Source of the DNA: Marsupella aquatica | Taxonomy: Eukaryota > Plantae > Marchantiophyta | Length of the DNA stretch: 64,000 nucleotides | Assembly (NCBI GenBank): GCA_973895155.1 | Contig: OZ316891.1 | Coordinates: forward strand, 1,293,324 to 1,357,323 | Reading direction: 5' to 3' | In this document: positions 45,501 through 58,800 of the stretch, piece by piece | Position numbering within the stretch: the first letter of the stretch is position 1 | Layout of the letters: each line of letters starts with the position of its first letter | The notes under the pieces: generated by a model | Databases searched by the model: none | What the model was told of the DNA's origin: nothing | Seen by the model: the letters and a program-made list of their open reading frames with translations, nothing else | Translations under genes and position numbers: made by a program

Positions 45501-46073
45501 TAGACTACTAGTGGACTCCCTTATATAGAGTTCCGTAGTTTTTTTCCAGAATTATGAAGTTTGGTAAAAGTGCCGAGGTCGTGCTTCGGTTAATTTTTCT
45601 GTCTAGACCATTCTTGCATGCCCTGTGACAACGCCTTAGCTTCGTGTCAATTTGTTGGCGTCGCTGACAAATTTTCAACCAACCAGGATGTTGTCACAGA
45701 AGTTGAACATGAATTATGATGATGCCGAGCGCTGGATTGTAAACCTGATCCGGAATGCACGCTTGGACGCAAAAATCGACTCGAAGGAGGGGACAGTCGT
45801 AATGGGTACACAATATCCCAACGTGTAAGTATTTCTAATTTTCAGTTGATGGACTTTTCCTCTACAAAAGCGTTATGAATTTTCTTGGAATAATAAACTA
45901 GGGAGAAAAATATATACTAGGGATACCAGTTCATGCCCATGCTGAAGTTAATGCTCTCTTCTTCCATGTTCAGGTATGAACAAATCATTGAGAAGACCAA
46001 GCAGTTAGCAGTTCGAAGCTACGTGTTGGCAAACACTGTGGCCTCCACCGCTACTGCCATCCAGGCTCGCTAA
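42545..46073 (+). CDS. eIF3e: Eukaryotic translation initiation factor 3 subunit E. Exons 42545-42752, 43200-43354, 43686-43913, 44031-44152, 44743-44962, 45323-45465, 45687-45824, 45974-46073
   Basis: [91 protein letters not shown] (PCI domain); all introns GT-AG. Confidence 0.97.
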
Positions 46074-46967
46074 ACCACTTCTTGGTTAGAGCCCATGAGC
46101 ATCCTGTGAATCTTTTTCCTGCTCAGATGCTCCCTGTTTTTTATCCCGTGGATTGGGAACTCACAAAAAATTGAAAGTGTTCTCAGCCATCTCATATTCT
46201 TTATGCTGGGCAGAGGTTGTGTCATAGAAGGGATGCTTTGTGTAATGTTAATTCGAAGAGATCTTTTAACACCCTCTTTCTGTCGTATTTAGTGAGGGTA
46301 TCGGCTTGTATCTCAGTGAGATGTTCGTTTAGATTGAGCCTTTTGGTGCCGTCCCTTTCTTAGGATGTCTGGCCTCCAGCTGCCAACTGTAAGGTGATGA
46401 TCTTAACAAGAGAGTGAAATGGTCCTTATAAAGGAGTGAAGCTTCTGCCTAGTGCCTATATTCATGATTTGATGCATTGCTGAGAGATACTTTTTCCTTT
46501 GTCAAGGCTAATTCACGGAGAGATATGGTAGGTAAAATCTTTGTAATTGTGTTGGTCCATCTGAAGTTTGTCGCCGGATCTCGGGCTAGTACATGCACCG
46601 TCATTTGATGTCAAGACCTAAGGATTCATGGGATGGTTGACGGATGCTTGACAGTATTTATCTATGGCTGCGATTTGGAGAAGACTGCGATTAGTGATTG
46701 ACTATAGTGGACTGATAGAACAATTTTGATGGATTTGTACTTCAGTGTCCAATGTTGTCCCCATTTTTGCACAATTAAGCCTGCTTTGCTAGTTCATCTG
46801 TGGAGTACATTGCCATGCCAATTTGGACAGCGGGAGTGCTTGCTGTGTGTTGGACTCGTTTTTCTTAGATGTTCTCCACCCGACAGAGTATCCCTTTTGA
46901 TACCGGTAACATGAATCTACTAGGCTCGCGAATACCAGGATCGCAGGAGGACCAGACTATCTTCGAC

Positions 46968-46992
46968 GGGGGGGGGGGGGGGGGGGGGGGGT
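46968..46992. repeat. Poly-G homopolymer (G25)
   Basis: Read directly from the sequence. Confidence 0.9.
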
Positions 46993-49147
46993 TCTATCTA
47001 AAACACAGTAAACTAATAAATCAGGCTTAGGCCTTTTTTTCTGTATTGATGTCCTCCTAGCCTATTCCCGGTTGGATGAGGAGGAAGGGTCTATATATAA
47101 AGTAACTGGAATATACAATTACAACTGAGTATGTTGCACTATTCACTAACAAAAGACTTAATGGGCCCTGGGGAGTGAAAAAGGCTCCCAGTGAGGGGAT
47201 TGTCATGAGTGATGGGATTTGAGTTGTATGGTTTGAGTATATCTGGGTTCTATAAGGGAAATTTGAAAGACAAAAAGTCAAGGCAAAGAGTGATCTATCC
47301 AGGTCTCTAAGAGATCCTTGTTGTTAAATGAATCTCTTGTCACCCGCCTGTCACAAATCAGGTTGTTAATGGGAGACAAAGCATATGTACTCAGTATGTG
47401 ACATCACTTGAAGTTCGTGCTAGATTCTGAAATTTAGGGTTCACATCCTACATTATGTGTATTAGATCTGTATTAGCAAGTAATTCATGATGAGGGGCTC
47501 AAAAAGGAATTTCGGAGTTGGTTGAATTTGTTCTTAATATTGGCCACACCAAGCTAAATCACATTGAACTAGTGACTGAATGATTGACCAGAAATTACTC
47601 TGGTTTTTTCCCAAACTCATTCTGTTTCCTCACGTTCATGCTTTAAAAAAGTGCTAGAAAAATGTATTCCTCAATCTAACAAGACTATCAGCTTATGATT
47701 GCAAGGCTAAGCTCCTGCTAAGCTACAAAGTGAGTCTTGAGTTTGGAAATTGTATAATTATCGTTGCTTGGTTAATTGCAGCGTCACATTTTTGTTAATA
47801 CATCAAACAATCGGCAAGCTTCAATTGAGGATGTAACCGGGGAGGTAATAAGCAGCAAGAGGTGATCACTAAAGGCGTTTTTGGAGGTTAGGGTGCTCAT
47901 TTCCTATATGTGTTTCCACTTGCCATATGTATTAAAAAATAAATACACTCATGTGGTTTGCGTCTGTGGTGGGCAAGATTTTGATTAATGATCTGATTCT
48001 GGCCCTACAGACTTGCTCACCAATCATGTGACCAGATGTAAGACTTCTGAATGGTCCTTGGGACCTCTACAAATCTCTAGTTAAATAGGAGAATTATGTG
48101 CTATTGATCACTAAGGCTCTCCAAAGTACGCCAAGAATGATGTTTTCCTTCAGACCTCAACACATAATTTAGTTGCTCATAGTCAGGAATAATTGGGATT
48201 CCCGCCTCACCTATATAATTCATTGGTGTCTTCGAGAATCTAAATTTAACCCGCAGGTCTCTGACTTGTCATGCCCTTGCAAATTACATGTTTTTATAAG
48301 TAGGAATCCATCATAATCATAGGAAATTCTGTTGGGAGTGATATATGTAGTAATTCTCGTATAATACCGAGATTGTTGGGGTGAAAAATATCTTAGCCTC
48401 CTCGGCTAAGTTGTCAACATCCCCTCAAATGAAGATAGTTTCTTTGAGTAACTAGAAGAACAGAAAATCATCAAAAGGATGGTAAAGTTGATGAAGATCC
48501 TTCAAATTTCTATGTGGGTGCCAACTGAAGTGACAGAATTTCATTGCCAGGAAAGATAAACGGGAAGATAAATTAAGAAGTAGTCCACATTCATGACTAA
48601 TTAGAGCTAGACAGTGGAGGTAGGAGAGAGAGTGAGGTGAGATTTGAACTGATTCTAAAATCCACTGATGTGAGCACAAAATGATTCTTAGGTTGACTGA
48701 AATGATGTGCAAAGAAAACTAAGGCCAAGAGATCAGACAGTTAAATTTCCTAGTCTGAGTCTAGGAAACTCAAACCAAACGATACTTACACCATATGTTC
48801 AAAATGGATATGTTGGAGAGTATGATTGTTTGAATTTCTTCTCTCTTTCATTCAAATCATTGAATGTTAACCAAGAAGGCTATAATTTGGCTTCAATTGA
48901 GCTGATTTGGGACTTAGACATACCAACAACCACCTCAGCAAAAGCATCCCATGGACCAAATCACCCATGATTTAGCAGGAATAGCAAATTACGAGCACCT
49001 GGAAAGATATACCATTGAGATCTCAAATGCACAGGAGAGAATGCATTGGGTTCCAAGCACATTTGAAGCTTATATAAATCAAATCTAGCTTTGTGGTTCC
49101 CTCAACCACAGTTTCATTACATATAGGTGTATAATAATCAACAAGAG

Positions 49148-50767
49148 ATGACTACTTTCAAAGATACTGTGAAGTTGAGCCTTGGATTATGCTTGGGTAT
49201 CGTGGTGGTGGTCCATAGTACTAAGTTAGCATTGCAGCTCACAAACAAGCGTAGGAGCACCTTACCTCCTGGACCACGCCCATGGCCCATCTTTGGAAAC
49301 ACATTGCAATTAGGTCCAAGTCCCACCAAAATGCTGGCAAGGGTTTGTGACGAGTATGGTGGGATCATGACCCTTTTTCTAGGGCCCGAACCTACAATTG
49401 TCATCTCCTCTCCCCAAATCATGGCACGTTTTATAGGCCCACTACTCACCGCAGATCATTTTGAGTCCAGGCCAGGAGAATTGATGCATGGAGGGGCTGT
49501 GAGCTTAGCCACCAATGGATACTGCAAACATATCAATGAACCCACTCATAGATGCCCTCAATGGAGAAAAGTTCGTAGGGTACTGACAAGCTACTTGATG
49601 GGCAATAAGGGCAGGTCTTCCTCTTTTCAACCTGTTCAAGAGACCCATCGAGATAAGGTCTTGGGAGCATTGGTGGAGAACTTGAAAGCTAAGGCTGTGG
49701 AAAAGAAATGTTATGTAGTGAGCATGAGACCTCAACTACGCTATGGCTGTCTTGACCTTTTGTACACCATTTGCTTTGGAAGTATGGTGGATGTACAAAC
49801 AGGAATTGTGGATCAACAATTAACCCTTCTACATGCAGCTTTTAAAAACGTGGTCCGGTTGGGGACCATATGTAAATTCACAGACTACCTCCCCATTGCT
49901 CATGAAATGCCCACAACTGTTGCTGACATAGAGCTTGCACAAAGTGCCAAACGAGCAGAAGAATGCTCTGTGGAAACTGTTGCTATGGTTCGCGATAGAT
50001 TTGATCTAAAAGATAAGCCCAGAAGATCAAGGCTTTGGCACAGCTTTCTTGATGTGCTAGCAAATCTGAAAGGCGAGGAAAAACTCACAGACAGGGAAAT
50101 TACCTGGATTCTAAGTGAGATCATGTTGTCTGCTGTGGATCAAACTGCTGCCACTGTGGAGTGGGCCCTTGGACATCTCATCCACCGCCATGACATGCAA
50201 TTGATGATCCAAGCAGAGATTGATAGAGTAGTGGGGCCCAACAAGCATATATCTGATGAAGACATTGAAAAGATGCCATATTTGAAAGCAGTTATCAAAG
50301 AGACACAAAGAGTCAACCATCCTGTTTTGCTTACCTTGCCTCATGTGATTACAAAGCAAATTGAAGTAGGAGGATACCAATTGCCAAAGGGAGCTCACAT
50401 GGTGGCTGTCATTCCAGCTTTGCTTAAAGACCCAGATCTATGGATAGAGCCTGATGACTTTAGGCCAGAGCGCTTCTTCCATGATTCTCATGAGGGTGTG
50501 CTTGACCAAGCAAGTCACCAACTTAGGATAGACGTGTTTAATGCAATTATTAGGTTTTGTCCAGGACATGGTCTTGTTACTCATAAAGCACGGCTCTTCT
50601 TGGCCAAAATTTTGCAAACATTTGATGTACTGGCAGCTCATACAGGGAAGCCCAGGGCTTACGATGAAACTTCTGCCCATGAGTCTGGCATTATCAACAT
50701 GTTGAAATTGCCTCTACAAGCTTCATTAAGGCCTCGTGGAGAGGTCCTCAAGCACATGCACAGTTGA
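49148..50767 (+). CDS. Intronless cytochrome P450, CYP71 clan (CYP77/CYP89-like), with non-canonical I-helix and heme motifs
   Basis: N-terminal TM anchor, LPPGPRPWPIFGN, K-helix ETQR, FRPERF, heme Cys in FNAIIRFCPG. First ATG at 49148; TATA-like TATATAAA at ~49071. Confidence 0.9.
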   Translation: MTTFKDTVKLSLGLCLGIVVVVHSTKLALQLTNKRRSTLPPGPRPWPIFGNTLQLGPSPTKMLARVCDEYGGIMTLFLGPEPTIVISSPQIMARFIGPLLTADHFESRPGELMHGGAVSLATNGYCKHINEPTHRCPQWRKVRRVLTSYLMGNKGRSSSFQPVQETHRDKVLGALVENLKAKAVEKKCYVVSMRPQLRYGCLDLLYTICFGSMVDVQTGIVDQQLTLLHAAFKNVVRLGTICKFTDYLPIAHEMPTTVADIELAQSAKRAEECSVETVAMVRDRFDLKDKPRRSRLWHSFLDVLANLKGEEKLTDREITWILSEIMLSAVDQTAATVEWALGHLIHRHDMQLMIQAEIDRVVGPNKHISDEDIEKMPYLKAVIKETQRVNHPVLLTLPHVITKQIEVGGYQLPKGAHMVAVIPALLKDPDLWIEPDDFRPERFFHDSHEGVLDQASHQLRIDVFNAIIRFCPGHGLVTHKARLFLAKILQTFDVLAAHTGKPRAYDETSAHESGIINMLKLPLQASLRPRGEVLKHMHS

Positions 50768-52818
50768 TTTGTTTTCCATCATCCATCATGATTCTTGAGT
50801 TTTCTTAAATCAGAGATTTCACTCTATTTTAATTGGTTAAACCTACGCAATGCCTGTTGCACAAAAAGATGCATACAGTCCTTAAGACAATGGTGTAGAG
50901 TACTAGCTGGTACCCTGGCTGTTAGTGCCTTAAGTTTGTCATTTAGAAATTAGTAAGCTTCAATGGCTTCTGGAATACATAGAATTTATTTTCTCTGTTG
51001 TAAAATTATCATTCACTTGGTGAAATTTCTCCCAAAAAATGTGCCAACAGTCCCTGAAAAGAGTCTAACATTGTGTTCTATCAATGCAAAAAATGTTGTA
51101 TGTGATACGATATAATGATTCGCCGATGGATGGGATTGCATCATTTTGTACACTACATTAGTTATTTACATCCATTCATGCATTATTTTTTGTGATCCTT
51201 ACTGTACTTACAATGCATCACAAAGTTCACTTATCTTGCACCTTAATGAAACATGTGTCACTGTGGAATGGATTCTATGCCTAAGCAATTTGTGTTCAAG
51301 ATGACCAACCAAGGCTCTGCACAAGTCGATCTTGAATATACACACATCCTTTTCTTACAAGTCTATAATGAAAAAGTATCCTTGATGTGCACGGTCTGCC
51401 ACCTTTCTTAAAAATAAGAATAATGTAAATACATTTCCCTTGCTTGAATAAACGCTATTAATTGAAATGAAAATGAGACTCTTTCAATATCTGCAAGAGA
51501 AAGGGTACGATGGAAAGATTGTAACAACACAGACCTTGAATATATCCCCACCTTAAACCGCCACTAGCCAAGACAAAAACGTGGTTATATAGATTTCACC
51601 ATTTTTAATATTTTTACCAAAATTGTGGAGCAAAGTTTCATGGTAGAGGAGAAAATGTGAAAAAGTGAGAAGTTTTGGACTCCTTTCATATGGCCAGTGG
51701 TCCCAGTGGTGGTTTAAGTGCGTATTGGCAAAGTGGCGTCCTCTACCGTTGTTTTGTTCCCTTTGTAAAATTAACCAGAGCATGAGCTCGTTCGCGATAA
51801 TTTGCCAACAATAAAAGACTGGAGAGAAACCCTGCATTGATCGAGTTTGGTCCCTTGCCCATCGTAGCGGTAAAGGTCAAGGGAGGTGACCCTGTTTACA
51901 GATTCTGATGGCCGGAAGGCATTACTTTCTCCCACTTGAGAATCAATTAGAACTTTACGGGAACGATTAAGTTGGCAATGGCATATGCTCGTAGAAAGAG
52001 GGTAGGCAGCAACGTCAAGCAAATGACTTCCTTTGAACAGATATCCAAGAAAGTAGGCACTTCAACAAAAGGCCAACATGGGAGGAAGTTTTGAAGCAAT
52101 ATCGTGGTCACTCAATTCGTGTATGTGCTTTCCTATATTCCCATATGAAATTTGAATGAGAGAGGAGGCATCCTTTTTCAAAGCATGGGCAATGGGAACG
52201 TGTTTTGCGGATATTTCCACAGAGTTCAAATTTGTTGCTCGGGCTCCCATTTGGGCTTAAAATGTTCACATGTAGATGATTACAGTTGGAATTGCCATAC
52301 AAATTTGATAACAAAAGCAATTTTCAATTAGCTTGCACGGACATGTAATCTCTAGCTATAGAGTATGGAATCGCATGCGAAATGTTTTATTCCCACACCT
52401 TTACCTTATCTGAGGATGAACCCACTGCAGATCATGCGATATGTTCAGTAAAAAAGTCGTTCACCAAACTGGATGTTCAGGTCTACTCAATCATGGAAAG
52501 TGACTATCCTGCCTCTCCTTGCAAAGATACTGTGTGCATTGCACATATTCTCGGTGTACCGAGCTTCTGTAAGATTTGTAGGTAATAACCCAACGTCCTA
52601 CAAGGCTCTGTACGGTTAGAGGCTTGGATCACGTCTTAAACCAGAATAACTCTCTCATGCAGTCATGACAAGTTACAATCCAGCAAGATCGGCCTTCATG
52701 ACAAGATACAATCCAGCAAAAATGATGGGCCTTGTATGTCTCGCTCGTCTGTGCCTTCCACTTATGCCATCAAGCTGAAGGGTGGATTACTGGCGAAATT
52801 TGTCAGAGTGATTATTTG

Positions 52819-55800
52819 CTAGACAGGTGGTTCTGAAGGCAAACTTGGCGCTTTACATTTTGCAAGCCAGGCATTGGCAGCAGTTGCAGCAGGCCTGCAC
52901 AATGCCGAATAGCCCACTTCAGTGTCCCCTTGTTATCACAAATTGTCTTCAATCCTCTTAGAACAAATACATCATCGCAAGGGAATCACAGTTACACTTT
53001 CTTTTGATGTAAAGTTTAATCTGTTGTAGAAACATGAATATTTGCTCAAGATGTGGCAGATGAGGCACTTGCATGCTGGATCTCATTCTATTGGTAATAC
53101 TTGTGACTTTAGCCTCATATAAGATAATGTTTTTGTAAGTTCGTGATCGGTAATGGGTTGTATGGGGACGGTTTCATACAGCATTTTCACCCCGAGAGAA
53201 TACTTCATCGCTTGCTTGAATAGCACTTCTGCCACTTGGAAGTGCCCTCTAGTCCAAGCAAGGCGGGCCTTGAAAAATTTGTAGTAGAAGTACGTTATTC
53301 CTGCAATCAGAGCATGCAGAAACGGAAATACTCTCATTTTGGTTGTATCTACCAGTGTCGGGAATACAATACATAAGACACAGTGGGGTGGAAGATAAAT
53401 TATAAAGATCAGACCTATCCTTTTCGCTGCATTCTTCATGCACTTGAGTAAAAGTTCCATCACTTCTTCTCGTGCTACCCTTTGCAGGTCAGACAACTTG
53501 TGAAGCTCCAGAGTTGTCAACACAACCTCAGCAGCAGAAGCCAAAGCCTTTGGGAAAATTGCTGTAAGTGGTGTCAAGCTCATCAGTTGGGGGATCAGGT
53601 CAAAGGCATCCTGAAGGCCTGTTTGTATGTCCAAACACAATGATGCTTCCCATCCTAGGGCCTTCACCTGAAAAAATTGAGGTGTCCTAGTCAATTCGCA
53701 TCCGAGTCTTATGCTATTTGGCTACAATTGTCCAGCTGACTGCCAATTTCCATTGACATCACTCATGATTTCATCGGTAAATTCCACCACTGCACAACTG
53801 ACAGAGATGAAATACAGAGAGCTCTAACATGGATGCTATCGTTCTAGCAGAATCATAGTGATACCGGCAAGTGTCAACCACAGGTTTTCATATCATGCTT
53901 GAAGCAAGCAGCCCTTTATCAATATCAGATAATACTTAGTTGTATGATCATTCCCTACTGTAGTGAGATGAAGACTTGAAAATTAATTCTCAACTGCAAT
54001 CACCTGAAGTGCCAAAGACGGGATGGAGCAAGGTCCATCTTCAAGCTGGGCAATGGCCTTGGCAGAGTCTTGATACCGTTTCATGCTATTTAGACTAGAA
54101 ACGACTAAGAATATTGCCCAAATACGTAGCTGGGGATGTTCTTGACGGTAGGTCAATAATCGGGTCCCTTCCTGGTGGCAATTTTCGTACTGGCCCTGAT
54201 ATAATTGCCCCAATGCAATCAAACATCTGCATAGGTCCACTTCTCTCCGTCCCTGGCTTGCCTCATAGACCTTCAGTGCTTTTGATGCATGCTTTTGCGC
54301 TTTGTTCCATCTTCCTGAACAATTGCAATGCAAAACAGTGGAGTCAATATGAAGTGTTTGTCATACGAAGTTAGTTTCAGGTGACAATGAACATGGGCGA
54401 AGATGTAAGAAACTCCAACCTTGGAAGAGGCATATAACAGCCAGGTTGTAGTGAATGTCGCCTGCTTGTACTGCTTGGTATTTAGTCCTCTCTTGAAGTC
54501 GCAAGCTTTCCATGCATTTCAGAGACCGGTACTTTCTTAAAAATGCAGACGAAGTAACTAGAGCAGCTAAGGAATAGGCGCGGGGAACCTCCAGAGGATG
54601 ACTGCTGCTGGCTTCTTGAGAAACAACCAAGTAACGTTCACTGAGTTTCTTTGCAGAATGGAGCTCCTCCTGCTTGGGAATGGTGACGTTTCACAGTTTG
54701 AATTTTCAAATTAGTATAGATTTGATCTACAAGAAGAAATAAATGATCTTATCTGTATTTTTACTGAGTGAGTGGTGGTAGAACAGTGGTCTTGACGTGA
54801 CCTTTCCCCTTTTCTGATTTTGTTACATGCATGAAAAATGACAGCCGAATCTAGGAAGATTCACCACTGGCAAAGCAGTTTACCAGGAGTCATGAGTCGT
54901 GGCTACTGTAGAGTAGTACTTCCAAATAGTAGCAGTAGCTCACCTTGGCCATTAAGCAAAAAATTGTCCTTCTTAAAAATATTGCCATTTGTAAAGTAGA
55001 TCAAATAAAGTGTTACCTTACATACAGCCAGGGTCGCCAGCTGAGCCAGAGCTTCACATCTGAGGATACTGTCTTGTGAGTCGTCACCGTTTCTTGTGAG
55101 GTAGAGTAACCAATTGAGAAGTCCTTTTTGGCAATACATTTTCCAAGCCCAAATTCCTGGTTCAAAGACTGTAGAGCAGCACACAATATGTTCCTGATGC
55201 AGAGCCAGATCCTCAGAAATCTTCTCTCCTGTGTACTTCAAAGCAAGTATTGTGTTTTGTGCACTACTATCGATATCTCCGAGAGCTGCATATGCAGTTG
55301 ACAGAAGATGGTGCCAACTTGCTAGCCGGTGACGATTTATATGGTCAAGCACAGCATTCCCAAGTGAAATGGCATTGAGATAGTACTCAATGGCTAGTTC
55401 GTACTCACCAAATTTAAACAAAGCAGATGAAGCCTGTAGGTGAAACCAAAACAGAGGGCTTGTAGTCAGTCTCAAGGGCGCTGGCTGTGCATGGCACGTA
55501 AGTATCAAAACTACGAGTAAAGTAATCGGCTTGTCTGAATACTTACTACATTGGTCGTATCTTCCAACCGTGTAGGGAAGCTCCACTAGAAAGTTAACAA
55601 TTGTTAAAGTCAAAGTGATTGCACGACCTAGGCGCGAAAGAGAAGCTCCCAGATTACCATGCTTGTAATGACTTTTCATGAGAGGTTTGTTTGTTAGTAT
55701 GGAAGAGGCCTGTCACAGCTAAACTAAATTGATTGAAAGGTTGCATGAGATCTTTACTGCTTCCTCCCAGTGATCAATTGCAATAGCAGTGAGGTCCACC

Positions 55801-58800
55801 TCCATTTCCTCAACATCCTTGCAAGCCATTGTATAGTGGCGGGCTATCTTCACAGTCCGTGCTCCAGATGTACCTAACTTGACAAGCTCTTTGGCAATGT
55901 CTGCGTGAATCATACGTCTTTGCTTCACAGGTAACATTTCATATGTTGTGTCTCTTGTTACCTGAGTGATCATTCCAGATTATACACATGAAGCAATTAC
56001 AACTGTCATGAATGTCCTGTTTAGAATCTAGTACTAACTTGAGGGCTGATATTATAGTGCCTTAGGTCCCCACTACGAAGAAAGGAATTTAACCTCTTCT
56101 CGTATTCATATGGCTTTTCGTGAAATGTGTAATCTTGGCCTTCGGCAAATAGGATTGCCATTGGACTTGAAGGTGTTGATGAAGTCATGCTGCAATCTAT
56201 TGCAAGCGCCTTTGCAAAAGTTGGGTAACCAAACTCAAACAGATGGAAACTAACGCAATGGCATAGAGGGTATAGGCAAATAATTACCGAGTTCGAGAAC
56301 GAATACACTCCAGGTCGGCTGGTGTGATGATTAAGGAAGTTGAGCTTGTCCAATCCTTTTAAAGCAGCGTGAAGCTGCTGTTTGGTGAAAATTGGAGCTA
56401 TCTCTCTGCCCCCCCACATGACTCATATGTTAAAGCCTTGTCCAGTCTAAATGACGATGGAGATATCTAAAAGACATGTTGTTAGATGGTTTTGTTTTGT
56501 TTTGTTTTGTTTTGTTTTGTTTGTAGATCACATTTCACTCGTATATAATATGCTTGAAAAGTTCCCATCCAGAGAAACAAGACCACATCAATTGAGAAGT
56601 TCAGAAAGAAATATCCGCAACGTAAGATGTGTAGTCAGCTGAAGTTTCAACGCTGTTGACTTGACTTTGTTGTAAGACTGTGTTAAGACGCATAAGCAAA
56701 TCCACTCTTAGGTTCATAGAGTTTATATACAATTTGTCAAAGAAGATTTCAGGTGGCCATGCTGACATACGACCTTTGGAGCTGCTGATTTAAAACGGAA
56801 AGTAGGAGATCCTCAGAAAAGTTGAGGCCAATCACACTGGCCACCTAGTTTGAGATCCAACAAGAGCACATTAAAGTCAAAAATGAAATGAATAAACTGA
56901 TCAATTCTAAAGTCCATGGAAGCCTGAAGGTAGAAGTTGCATGAGACAATGTCATTGACAATGTATTCTACTCTCCAATTCAGCCATCAAGGTAATGGGA
57001 CTATTTTTGGCACAAACGTAAGGCTGTCTGCCGATATTTCCCATTCACTCATCGGTTGTTTCTCTGCACTGTGTTGACAAATTAGTGTTTCTTATGTTAA
57101 GACAATCGAGACTAATAGACAGGCGATTTCGTCTCCTGACTATACCTTCAAAGTTAAAGCCTGATTTGGTTCCAGGAGGTCCACACGTGAAGCAATGAGA
57201 GCCTCCATGGAATAAGAGAAATTAAATTTCTCAAGTTCAAATCTTCCCAGCCGTTTGAGTGTGTCTTCTGGATTCCCAGGGGTGATAATCTTCATCGCCA
57301 CCAATGTAGCAGCCATTTGTTCAGAAAACAATGGATGTCCCTAAAAACGTGAAATAGGAGACACTTGAGAGTTGGTAATAATGGCTATATTAAAGTCATT
57401 AGATTTCAGAGGGACCATCATCCCTTTAAAGGAACAGGCAGGCACACAGTGTTCCACCGTGAGTACCATTGTATGCGACAAATAAAACCTTTTCAGTAAA
57501 AAACACATGAATGGTAAAGAAATAAATTTTCATTCGCAACTGGTTCATTCTGTCCAGAGGAATCCCAGAGCCGGCTGTATGTTCTGGGTGATATGTCTCA
57601 TGAAAGTGCATATCATTTATTAAAGAATTAGTGATGGGGAGTTCAATTCCAATGGGCATGGAAACTTTCAGAGGGTAGTCCTAAAAAATTTGAGGGCTGA
57701 TCATTAAGGGCGATTATATCTGCGTCGTAAATATTTAGGCCAATTTCCACACTTAGTTCCGAGTGATCTAAGATTGAATCGCAACAGCATAGCCATAGTG
57801 CAAGACCAAACCAATTTAAGATGCAGGTGGGTGAAATGTACCAGAGTTTGGGTCGTATGAGCTTGCAAGCCATAGCTTACCTGTGTCCGTCGGTATATTG
57901 CTTGAAAGATTTGGGGTGGGATGTCTGTGTTGCCTCCTAGAGCGTCAGAAATTTTCTGCCGAATAAAGGCCCGAGTTGACAACTCATCCAACTCCCTATT
58001 CAAACGTCCATAGGTTAGTGAAATCTTCAAAGGATATGATCACTCATCGGGTATTAGAATGTGCTGTCCATGCGTTGCTCTCATGCCTTTAGAGCACTCG
58101 TCAGTGTTCTAGGCTTAAATGTCAACCTTTAATTTTCCTATCCAAAGCTTTCAAGATATTTAGCTGCGCCACCTAAAGACATGCTTGCTGTTCAGAAGTC
58201 CTTCTTTATAGACAGGAACTCTGGAAGTTATCTTATACCTTAGAGTAATTACCAACGTTGATTTGGCTTGGACAAGGGAGGTGTAATCCTTAGGGGCATG
58301 AGCTCCCCACGGACGGCAAGCAGCAATCATTAGTATTCCGCTGTTTTTTTCTTCGCTGATTTCCTTCATTATCGACCATGATGGGTTGTCCATTAGCTGG
58401 TCTAATGTTAAGTATCTTAACGGATAATATGGTCCTTGCTCAGTTGCCTGGTGTGAGCACACGCATGAAATGGAAACCTCTGCCAAGTCACAAGAAGATT
58501 GACAGGAAGATGGCACACACACGGAAGTACTGTACGAGCTCCAGCCAAGAAGCAAACAGTTTAATTATGTTATTAGAGTTTAATTATGTTAGAATGGTGC
58601 ACCAAGCAAGGATACATGAGCATCTTCTATGATGATAATGCAGGGTCTATTCACAAGAGCGAGGATCAGCTTTATAATCATTCCTGAAACTCGTTGCATG
58701 GAGATTTCTGGTGAAGCAATGAAATTGCCCTCCTTGTCAGCGTCTACAGATGTCCTTCTCTGGTTTATTGATGGCCTTCTAGGTGTGACCTCCTGTCCAG

